NCBI RefSeq assembly: GCF_009914755.1
Contig: NC_060933.1
From: the human T2T-CHM13v2.0 reference genome, Homo sapiens
Length of the DNA stretch: 64,000 bases
Direction: 5' to 3' (one strand)
In this document: piece by piece, positions 1 to 10,800 of the stretch
Numbering within the stretch: position 1 is the stretch's first letter
How the letters are laid out: every line of letters starts with the position of its first letter
Made by a program: the position numbers and the translations under genes
The notes under the pieces: model-generated
Databases searched by the model: none
What the model saw: only the letters and a program-made list of their open reading frames with translations
Told to the model about the DNA's origin: nothing

Positions 1-2599
1 TCTATTTAATGTATTCTCTAAATTTAATACATTATTTAAAATGCCATCCATATACCTGATCAACTTGAAAAGATGGAGAAACACACAAGTAAAGTTTGTT
101 ATCTGTTCACATTTTATTCTGTTTCCATTTTCATAATCAAATAAATGTAGACTGTAAAATACTTATTTACAAATCTGTCTGATTTATATAATAAACTCTG
201 AGGAAACTGGAATGAAGCAGTGCTACAAGCAAGGGACAGAATAAAGTTTTGTGTATTAATTACCTGATTTATACTTTAGTCCCTTTAAGTAAAAGAACGT
301 AACAAATAGAAGGATAGTTATTAATATATTTGGAGGAGAAAGAAAGATAAAATGAAAGATACAATGTTCTTAAAAACTGAGAGTTTTATCTTTTTTCAGA
401 AGTCTAAAAAATATTTAAACATCTTCCTTTATGTTAGCGCATATTTATGTTATACATTTCATTTACAAGTAATTGTATGGTAAATAGTTACAAAAACAAC
501 AAGGAAAAGCTTTGAGTTAAGGAGCTCATGATTTTCAGTGTAAAATACATGTTATTTGAGTAATTTGGGAAACTGACAGAAGCTTTCTTGCAGTCAAGAA
601 TGCTGCTCAAAAATTAATTTTAAAATAAAAATAAAAGAAAAAAAATCCTGAAAGCTTATGTAGCAAAACAAGTATTGTAGTCCATTACAAAAATTAGCCT
701 TTTCTGAAATCATGTTAAAAAGCAAAAAGATCTTAGAGCAGAATTTCATGTACAGTTCATTTTGGGACTGATCTTACTTCCTTGGTAGGTGGTCTTACTT
801 CATCCTGTTGGAGCCCATCATGGAGAGCTGTTTTACAAATATTCTTAGCTCTACTACCCACATAAAAATTCAACCTATGACTCCTGTTTCTGATAAAGTA
901 GCTATTTAAATTCATTAAGAATGTTTCATCATTTTAGTATGCAAAATGCATTGTTAGATTATGTAAGTGACACATGCTATCTTAAAAGTTAATAAATCTC
1001 CCAGAAGAAATTAGACTCAGATGCTATATTTATTATGGAGAATTAAGAAATACCTAAGGTTACTGTGATCATCACTTAGGAGTTTTGAATCAATTATATG
1101 AGAAACTAAAGAAGAAACTTTGACCGGAAAAAAAATGAACCAACAAGAAAAAAATTATATAAAGTCATTTTATTGGACACAAATGCTAAAAATTAGAAAA
1201 ACCATACATTTTACTCTATCAATCTGTTAGGAAAAACTATAGAATATGATAGTGATTGCATTGATTCTGCTTAGCAAATTAAATGCAAAACTAAGATATT
1301 CACCAAATATAAAATATAGTTATTTTCTAAGAAATAAAACTCACACAACTGCCATTTTTAGCAGAATGGTGGCAACTGCCATTTTTAGCAGAAACCAAAA
1401 CTATTTCCTGTTAACAAGAAGGAAAAACCATCAGTGAACACTCAAGTAATAATCAGGGGACTAGGATGGACTCTCAGTAAGAAACCACTGGAATATACCT
1501 GGACTAAATCTATTCTAACAAAATTAAGTATACCAACCGAATAGTTTTGTGTGTGCATTTGTTTTTACTATATACTTTTATAATCTCAAAAGTACCTAAA
1601 AGGAGGCAAAACAAGAAAGGATTTGTCTACAGAAAGTAAAAATAAGAATGATTATAAAATATTGTTAAAGAAAAGACACTGCACAGAATAGTCATGGAGA
1701 TTTCTGTACTAATCACCTTGATCATAATGAATAATCACTGAATTTCACTGGCCTATTTTCCTCCACAAGATTCTATGTTAGGTAAGCAACTTTGGGTAAT
1801 TCAATAATAGGAAAGATGTTTCTTTTATAACATATCTGATTTGTACAACTAATTGAAATACATTTTATGCTATAAAATAAAAATGGTAACTCTTATTTAC
1901 ACAGCTATTTATTGTGAATTTGTATAAAGACAGCTCATCCTTAGAACATAATAGACTAGGATTCTTGGTAAAGTATATATTGTATATCTGAAAAATGTAA
2001 TAGTGACAATATTAAAGTGTTGCCACTTAGTGCTGTGTTACCTAAAGTGTGTGACGCTTTCTGTCAGTCTTATCACTGACATTTAAATTTCAGATATAGG
2101 TGAATTCAATATTGAAGTGAATAGAGCTACCGACATTTGCTTTCCTAATATTCATGGAAGTTGTTGTTGACCTCTCATAGATAAATAAGCAAATAATATC
2201 TTCAAAAATATATCTAACTTGACTCAAATACTTCTAAGTATTTTGTCATTTGAAGGGATATGAGCAAGTTGAGAAGAAGAAATGTGGAGAGAGAAATATT
2301 CATGAAAACTAAATTTATAACATTCAACTATTGCTCAATTCTTAGAAATTTAATCACTACTTATATTTTAAAGCAAAATATTTTTGAACTTATTTAGAAA
2401 AATATGACTTCATCTCTCATATGTCCATTCAAAGTTTTAAACAAAGTATAAAAGGAAATTAAACAGTGGAGGAAATGAGAAAGGTCACAGGCATTCAAGA
2501 GGTTTCAACAAATTTCTGGAGGAATGAAAGGTAATTGAAGGATGTGTTAAAATAATTTCTATTATTATCTTTATAGATTTAGTGTCCAGTAAACCTTTT

Positions 2600-5420
2600 A
2601 TAAACAATCCAACTTGCTGTTTTGTGTTCTTGAACTTTATTTAAACTGAATTATATTGTACATATCCTTTTGTGACTTAATCATACCACTGCATATTAAG
2701 TTTGTGAGAGTAAGCCACATTAACATATCTAAATAAAGTTATCTATTTTTTTTCTAAAGTGTAGTATTCCACTGTATGAATCTACCACATTCTACTGTTG
2801 TTTAACTTTTGCATTGCTTATAGTACTTAACTGAGCCTGTAAATATTTTGGATTACATTTCTTAATGGCCAACCATGTACATACAAAATAAGGAGTGAAA
2901 GCCAATTGCTGATTAGAATATATGGTCATCTTCAATATTACTGGGTAATACAAGACTCTTTTTAAAACGGATATAATTTCCATTTCCAGGAAAGCATATG
3001 AAATTATTATTGCTCTATATGTTTGCCAGAAGTCTGTCTTGTCAGACCGTTTTTGGTCAATCTCTTGTATAAGTAATAATGTACATATAAAACATTTTCA
3101 TTTGCATTTTTCTGTTAAAAATAAGTTAAAGTGATTCTAAATACGTATGGTGGACACTTACATTGTACATTTTATAAAGCACATGTGCAAGCCATTTTCT
3201 TTGTTTTACTGTCGGGTTTTCTGTAATTTTTGCCTGGCTTTACATTTAAATATTGATTGCCAAGGAATTGATTGTTAAATATTATATAAGGTAAAGAATC
3301 ACTTTAATTATTTTCCATATGTATAGCCAGCTTTCTCACTCTCATTTATTGGCAAATTTATTTTTCACCACTGATCTATAATACTAGCTTTCTTACATAT
3401 CATGGGTTCTTATATTTTCCTTACTGTAGTCTACCTATTCCATTTCATTGATTATTTATTACTTTGTTAATACCACATTGCATTAATTCTTATATTTCCT
3501 GTAATATATTTTTCCTTCCTCAATAAATTATTAACTGAATTTTAATATTTTTAGAGTTTACATAAATTCTAGAATTAGCTTGTCAATATCTAAATCAAAC
3601 CTTACTGGGTTTTACTTTGGATGCACTAGTTACAAAGATTAATTTTGGGGAGAAGTGATTTCATTAAAGTCTTTCAATTCAAGAATATATTTATGTCAAT
3701 GTTATGTCTATGTTTATTTGAACTTTATTTAAACTGAGTTATACTGTACATATTCTTTTGTGACTTAATCATGCCACTAAATACTATGTTTGTGAGAGTA
3801 AGCCACATTGACACATCTAAATAAAGTTCTCTACTTATTTGAAATGCATTTCAATATTGCATAATACGTTTGTGTCAAAGCATCTTGCTAAAAGCTCATA
3901 TTCATTAGTATAATGTATCTTAGAATCATTTTGAATTTTCTGTGTACTTAGTGTCATCGGTAACATAGTAATCTGTTTTCTCTTTCATAATTCTTATTTT
4001 TTTAATATTTACAATCCTATCCCAGTGTCTAAGACCTGCAAAAGGATAAATAAAATTGCTTGTACCATCTATGTTTATTTTGTTCCCAATCACAAAGGAA
4101 ATATTTGAACATTCCATTGTTAAGTGTTATAATTTCAATAGAACTTTTGAAAACAAATGTTATCAGTTAAACTAGATTCTCCTTTAATTTCGGGTTGTTA
4201 AAATGTATGACTTTTTAAGAAAATAAAATTAAATATGCTTATAATATTGTTAAGTTATTTGTTGTGGTGTATCATATTAATTGATACCTTTACATGAGGC
4301 CATTATTGCTTCCCAGGGTTTCTTAGAATAAACATTGGCTGTGATGTCTTACATTTTAATGCATTGCTTATTTCTGCATGGAACTTTTTTAAGTTTTCCT
4401 TCAATATTTTCATAAATTACATTGGTGTTTAATTTACTTTCCCTTTACTATCCTTGTCAGGTTATAATATCAGAGTCATAATAGCATAATAAAATAAAAT
4501 AGAGTATGTTCTTTCCTGTTTCATGCTCAGAAAGAATTGTATGTAAGATTGGAATTATTGTTTTGTTTCATGTTTGAAACAACTTGCCAGTAAAGTCATC
4601 ATGGCTTGAAATTATCTTTATGATATGATTTCTGACTACTGATTACATGCATTTGTTGTAGCACAATTCAGATTTTTCTTTTCACTTTAGGTTACTTTTG
4701 GAAAAATGCATGTTTCAAGTAATTGTACACATTTTACATATATTTCCAAATTTATTGAATTAAACGTTTTCATACTATACTAATTTAACTTCTTGATATT
4801 TGTATTATTTATAACAAAACTCAATAAACTGTGGCAAATAAGCCAGACAGTATTTATAAATAAAGTATTACTGGAACACTGTCATGCTCATTCATTGACA
4901 TACTGTCAATTTATGCCACAACAATAGAATTGATTAGTTGCAACAAACCATATAGCCCAAAAACCTAAAATAATTACCAACAGATCCTTTCCAAAAAACA
5001 AAAAAAATTCTTGACACCTGATGTATAATTATTTCCTATTTTGATTCCTGAGATGGCATACTTGTTTCTTCTCTTAATTTTATCAAGCCATTTCTCCAGA
5101 GTTTTGTTATTGTATGGCTCCTACAACAACTAACAAACTTTTGGCCATATTTCTTGACTTTTCTTTCCCTGTATTCTTAATCACTATGCATGTATTTATT
5201 ATTTCCTTTTATTTCTGTTGATATTTCTAACTTCTACCAATAAATTCAAAACATTTTAAAAATTAATTTGTTGTCCTCATAAAATAAGAATTTAAGGTTC
5301 TACATTTTCCTCTAAAATGACACATTTTATAATGTAGTATACATTTTTTAATTAAAAATATTTTATAATTTCCATTATGATTTGCTCTTGGGTGTTGAGT
5401 TACTAAGAAGTATATTTCTG
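2600..5420 (-). mobile_element. Old, fragmented L1M-type LINE remnants (boundaries approximate)
   Basis: T-rich degenerate sequence with antisense L1 3'/ORF2-like phrases (e.g. GTAGTATTCCACTGTATGAATCTACCACATT, AAATTCTAGAATTAGCTTGTCAA, CTTGCCAGTAAAGTCATCATGG). No ORF. Confidence 0.55.
4815..5020. mobile_element. MER58-like hAT-Charlie DNA transposon fossil
   Basis: Diagnostic AAATAAAGTATTACTGGAACAC..CATGCTCATTCATT..TAGTTGCAACA..CCATATAGCCC..AAACCTAAAATA..GACACCTG. About 200 bp. Confidence 0.7.
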
Positions 5421-6119
5421 AGGTTTTTCTTCAATATGACTGACTATAGATATTTGACTCTAGTTATTCTCAGAAAGAGAAAGCAAAGTTATGGATAAAT
5501 AATCGTTAATTCCAATATCTATATAGACGGAAGTGTGCTAGAGCACCACAAGAAGAAATTTGAACACAGAAAAATAAGGAAGCAAGAACCCAGCAGACAT
5601 TATACTCTGAGGGACTTGATGTTCCATGGAAAAGCATAGGTGGGGGTGTCTTTTGCTCTTCTCACCTCTGCGGCAGACTGCTTGTTTCTGAACTGTTGGA
5701 GAGCCCTCCATTCTCACAAGCCCAAGCACTGGTGTGGGCCGCAATCTTGGAACAAATTGAGGACAGAGAACAAGGCTACTATTTCCTGCAGTGCCACTTG
5801 CCCTTCACCCAGCCCCAAGATGAGGTGGTGGGCACCATACTGGATATGCCTCTGTGGTGGACTTCTATACTGCCTTTGAGTGAGAGAGAGGCTTGCCCCA
5901 TCCCCTTGCCGGCTTCCTTCTCCGTCCCTGCGTCGAGCTGTGGCTAGATTTCTCCATGAGGGCAGAGGGCAGGGCAAGAGGCGTGAGAAGCATCTTCTGG
6001 AAGGTCTGCGGGCACCCTCCTGCGGGTGGACAATGAGCGCCTGGGAGGCCGTTGTCCTTGGTTGGGGAGCGGTCGTCTGGATCTAGCCTAGCAAAGAGGC
6101 TGCTCCGGATGGGGAGGAA

Positions 6120-6404
6120 ATGAAAACCCCTGCAGCTCCGACGCAGATGCCCACGTTGCCCAGGCCTTCACAGACCCCCAAGCCGGAACCGCTGGGAAAA
6201 CGATTGCCAACCGGCCACAACACCCAGGCAGAGACGCGGGGAGAGGCTGACCAGAAGAAAGGCCGACGTGCAAGAAACCCAGCCTCCGGCGCACAGGGAA
6301 CATGTGTCCCAAGGCGCACGCACACACAGACGGACAGAGACAGAAAGAGAGGGCGACGGAAAGAGCGAGAAGGGAGAGAGGGAGAGAGAGAGAGAGAGAC
6401 TTAA
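6120..6404 (+). pseudogene. FAM27E/FAM27D-like repeat-derived ORF (94 aa), probably non-coding
   Basis: KRLPTGHNTQAETRGEADQKK...HTQTDRDR resembles the remembered FAM27E putative protein (KRLTTGLMTQAETQKEAQQR...THTHT). The C-terminus is translated microsatellite. Confidence 0.45.
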
Positions 6405-6454
6405 GAGAGAGACGGTAGTGGGCACACAGACGCGCGCGCGCGCACACACACGCA

Positions 6455-6489
<35 letters not shown>
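6372..6489. repeat. Compound (GA)n-(CG)n-(CA)n microsatellite
   Basis: Read directly. The alternating purine-pyrimidine run at ~6430-6489 is Z-DNA-prone. Confidence 0.95.
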
Positions 6490-6491
<2 letters not shown>

Positions 6492-6924
6492 ATAACGGAC
6501 ACAGACATACAGCAGGTAACACCCACCCCCAGGCAGCCCCTGAAGCTGCCGGGTTCTGGTCTCCGCGACTACGAGCCACCGGTGAGACAGCAGCCCACGC
6601 GCACACAGGGAGACCTGTCCTCGACATCACAAGGGCGCCACTTTTGGGGAGACTCACCCGCACACCGTCCGCGCACGCCTGAGGCTGGGATCCCGCGCTG
6701 CCTCCCCGGCGATCTGTCTGAGTTTTCTTCCTCCTGGGGTTTCTTCCTGCTGGTGGACCCTCCGCGAATCCCGGCCTCCGGAGACCGTCCTGGTAACTGC
6801 CCTGGCCAGGGCTGGTCTCAGCCCCGACTCTGACGCACGATCACACAGGGCTCCTACTTCGCCAAGTCTCAGGGACCCATCCCCGGGCAATGGTGGCGGT
6901 CACTGTGACCAAAGCGGCGGCTCG

Positions 6925-7020
6925 GGCCTCGCGCATGCGCACTGGCGAGGCCGACTCACCCGCCCCACCCCCCCTTACTCGGCAGAGTCAGGCTGCGGAC
7001 CCTTTAAAAAATGGCGGCGA
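6925..7020 (+). promoter_or_regulatory. CpG-island promoter: NRF1 site, GC/GT box and YY1 initiator motif
   Basis: CGCGCATGCGCA (6930-6941, NRF1 consensus), CCCGCCCCACCC (6959-6970, Sp/KLF) and AAAATGGCGGC (7008-7018, YY1 consensus) within 90 bp, followed by a CGG-rich leader. Confidence 0.75.
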
Positions 7021-7562
7021 CGCGGCGGCTGCGGGGACTGGGGCGGCGGTGCTGGAGGTTGCGGCGGCGGCTGCGGCGCAGCCCGGGGCGGCGGGTGGGA
7101 AGAGGACTACCAGAGGGGCCTGCGGGAGACCCAGGGTCGGACCCATAGGAGTCCTGTCGTCAGGACCTCCTTGATCGGTCTTCTGCTTGGGTTCTCGGTG
7201 AAGGAGGAGCTTCGGGGTGTCGGCTGGGCTGCGCGGACTCCTCTTGGGATCCGATGATGGATCCCACCCGGTGATAGGGAATGGGGTTACAATGCAGTGA
7301 GGCGGAAAGGCTCTCGCCGGGGCACAGAAAGATCCCCAGGGCCACAAGGCGTGCTGTCGCCTGCAAAGGCACTGACCCACGAGCCCACTGCCTCCCTCCT
7401 TCCTGGGTGGAGCAGGGGCCTGCCTTCATCTCCAAGGCCCGGGGGCTCCGGCATCTCGACGCGGCTTCCGGCGACACGGGCAAAGAGAGACAGAGGCTAG
7501 TCCGAGCCGGAGCCAGTGTGACCACACGTGGCACTGACGTCCCCCAAGAGCACATGCAGTGA
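7010..7562 (+). ncRNA. FAM27: FAM27B/C-family transcript region (lncRNA with putative 67-aa ORF 7297-7500 and 93-aa ORF 7281-7562)
   Basis: The 67-aa ORF MRRKGSRRGTERSPGPQGVLSPAKALTHEPT... matches my recollection of the FAM27A/B/C putative protein and lies directly downstream of the promoter. Paralogue and transcript ends are not determinable. Confidence 0.55.
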
Positions 7563-7814
7563 GCCTGTGTCTCTGAGGCCGTAGTGGGCGACGATGAGAC
7601 GGACAGTGATGTCCAGGCCTGCGCCCGGGGGCCACTGGAGACCTGCCCCTCAAAGCGGAGGAAACGCCAAGCGCACCTGAAAACCTGCGAGACAGGGCCT
7701 GTACACGAGTCCAATACTCCTACTTCGCCAAGTCTCAGGGACCCATCCCCCAGCAACGGTGGCGGCGCAGAGAAGAGCACGGCGCCGGCGCAGGTGCAGA
7801 GAGACAGGAGGCTG

Positions 7815-10800
7815 ATGGGGGGAAGTTGAGGCACCTGGGGCAGAGAAAAAAATGCATCGCCAAGCGGTTTCTGGGTCATCTACTGACGAAAATGTCTTCC
7901 CATCAGCCCTTGCGCTGGTCCCCAGGGACCCTGGCATCCGTCGTTGGCGCCCAGGGTGCGCGTCGGGCCACTAGGGGTACCCCAACTCGGACAGAAGGCC
8001 CATGAGTTGAATTTGAAGTTTGTGGGAATAGAGGTGAGGCACCAGGGGCAGAAAAAAAACAGGAGACCTCGCCTCAGACAAGCGGGGCCTGGGTCCCCCA
8101 TGGATGAAAGTGCCTTCCCATTATGCTGTACCCTGGGCAGAGTGGACAGTGACGACCCTGGTTCGAGCCCAGGGTGCGCTTCGGGACCGCTTGCGGTACC
8201 AGAAAGCGAACAAATGGTCCATGAGCGGAAGGTGAGGCACCTGAAGCAGAGAAAGTAAAGAAACGCGCCGCCGAGAAGCAGTGCCTGGGTCCCTCACGGA
8301 GGAAATTGTCTTCTCCTTAGCCCGTTCGCTTGGCACTGAGGTCCCTGGCGTCCCTGGTTTGATCCCAGGGTACGCCTCGGGCCACTAGTGTTAGCCCAAG
8401 GTGGGCAGAAAGCCCATAAGGGGAAGGCGAGGCACCTGGGGCAGAGAAAAAAAAAAACTTCGCTGCAGAGAAGAGCGGCCTGATTCCCCACGGACGAAAG
8501 TGTCTTCCCATCAGTCCCTGCACTGGGACCCGGGGACCCTGGTGTCCCTGGTTCGAGCTCAGGGTGTGCCTCAGCCGCTACGTGCACCCCAAGGGGAGCT
8601 TTGGGAGCACAAAGCCCATGAGGGAAGGTGAGTTTTGAGGGAGGAGTGGTGAGGCACCTGTCACAGAAAAAGAAAAAAAAACAACCCGCGCCACGGAGAA
8701 GCAGGGCCTGGGTCCCCCACGATGAAAATGCCTTCCCATCAGCTCCTGCTCTGGGCCCTGTGGACCCTGGAGACCCTGGTTCAAGCCACGGGTGGGCCTC
8801 GAGCCCGCTAGGGGTACCCCCGTGCGCCTCTCTGCGCCTGCGCCGGCGCCCTGTGCCTTTGCGAGGGCGGAGCTGCCTTCTCCTCAGCACAGACCCGGAG
8901 AGCATTGCCAGGGCGGAGCTGAGTTCTCCTCTGCACAGACTTCGGAGATACAGCGAAGCGGAGCATGTTCTCCTCAGCACAGACCCGGGCGGGCGGGCCA
9001 GGGGCACCGCGAGGGCGGAGCTGCGTTCTGCTCAGCACACACCCGGGAGACACCGCGAAGGCAGAGCAGCGTTCTCAGCACAGACCTTGTGGGCACTGCC
9101 TCGCTTTGGGACTACTCGGAGCCGCATCAATGGTGAATAAAATCCTTCCTGTTTGCAGCCCTTAATAATCAGGGTCAGAGACCAGTTAGAAGGGTTCAGT
9201 GTGGAAAACGGGAAACCAAAAGCCCCTCTGAATCCTACCCACCGAGGTTCTCCCCAGCCAAGGCGAGGCGGCCGCAGTGCGAGATCCACACCGCAGCCTC
9301 GGAAGACAAGCGGGCAGAAATCCCATGAGGGGCAGTTGAGGTTTGAGGAAGGCGAGGTGAGGCACCTGTGGCAGAAAAAAAAAAAAAACCGCACCACGGA
9401 GAAGCAGAGCCTGGGTCCCCAACGGACAAAAGTGTCTTCCCATCAGCCCTTGCGCTGGGCCCAGGTGGCCCTGGCATTCCTGGTTCGAGACCAGGGTGCG
9501 CTTCAGGCCGCTAGGGGTGCCCAAAAGCGGGCAGAAGGCCCATGAGGGGAAGGTGATGCACCTGGGGCAGAGAAAAAAAAAAAAAAAAAAAAAACCGCGC
9601 CGCCTATAAGCGGGGCCTGGCTCCCCCACAGAAGAAACTGTCCTCACATCAGCGCTTGCGCTGCGCCCCAGGGACCCTGGTATCCCTGGCTCGAGCCCAG
9701 CGTGCGCCTCGGCCTGCTAGGGGTACCCCAAGGCAGACAGAAGGCCCATGAGGGAAAGGTGAGACACCTGGGGCAGAGAAAAAAATAAAAAAACTGCGCC
9801 GCCCAGAAGTGGGGCCTGGGTCCCCCACAGACGAACGTCCCTACCCATCAGCCCTGAACTGGGCCCCGGAGACCCTAGCGTCCCTGGCTCGAAACCAGGG
9901 TGAGCTTCGGGCCCGCTAGTGGTACCTCAAGGCGGGCAGAAAGCCCATGAGGGGAAGGTGAGGCACCTGGGGAAAAGCGAAAAAAACAAAAACAAAAACG
10001 TCGCAGAGAAGCAGAGCCTGGGTCCCCGAGGAAGAAAGTGTCTTCGCATCAGCCCTTGCGCTGGGCCTCGGGGACCCTGGTGTCCCAGTTTCGAACCCAG
10101 GGTGTGCGTCTGGCCACTAGGGGTACCCCAAGTCGGACAGACGGCCCATGAGGGGAAGGTGAGGTTTGAGGGAGGAGACGTGAGGCAACTGTGGCAGGAA
10201 AAAAAAAAAAAAAAAAACACGCCGCGGAGAAGCGGGGCCTGGGTCCCCAACGGACGAAAGTGACTTCCCATCAGCCCCTGCGCTGGGCCCCATGGACACT
10301 GGCGACCCTGGTTAGAGCCCAGGGTGCGCCTCGTGCCCAATAGGGGTATCCCAAAGCGGGCAGAATGCTCATTAGGGGAAGGTGAGACACCTGGGGCAGA
10401 GAAAAAAAAAACCGCGCCGCAAAGAAGCGGGACCTGGGTCCCCCACGGATGAAAGTGTCTTCCCATCAGCCCCTGACCTGGGCCCCATGGACCCTGGCAA
10501 CCCTGGTTCGAGCCCCAGGTGCGCTTCGCGCCCGCTAGGGTTACCCAGAAGCCGGCAGAAGGCCCATGAGAGGAAGGTAAGACACCTGGGGCAAAGGAAA
10601 AAAAAAACCGCGCTTGCAGAAAAGCGGGGCCTGGCTCCTCCACGGACGAAGGTGCCTTCCCATCAGCCCCTGCGCTGGGCCCTGGGGAACCTGGTGTCCC
10701 TGGCTGGAAACCAGGGTGCACCTTGGACCCGCTAGGGGTACCCCAAGGAGAGCAGAAAGCCCATGAGGGGAAGGTGAGGCACCTGCGGCAGAGAAAGAAG

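Larger units (their letters stand above)
5880..7765 (+). repeat. SST1/NBL2(MER22)-like GC/CpG-rich macrosatellite block, two diverged monomers
   Basis: Abrupt switch to CpG-rich DNA with an internal (GA)n/(CG)n/(CA)n microsatellite. A ~50-bp end motif (CTCCTACTTCGCCAAGTCTCAGGGACCCATCCCC..GCAAYGGTGGCGG) recurs at 6851-6899 and 7717-7765. Family name recalled from the FAM27E/NBL2 association, not searched. Confidence 0.55.

Noticed and set aside
5530-5880. Short ORFs or a gene fragment before the CpG block
   Set aside because: No recognisable homology; more likely a degraded L1 5' fragment.
9300-9360. Interstitial telomere or chromosome-fusion site
   Set aside because: No TTAGGG/CCCTAA tract; TAR1 stops short and the satellite resumes in register.
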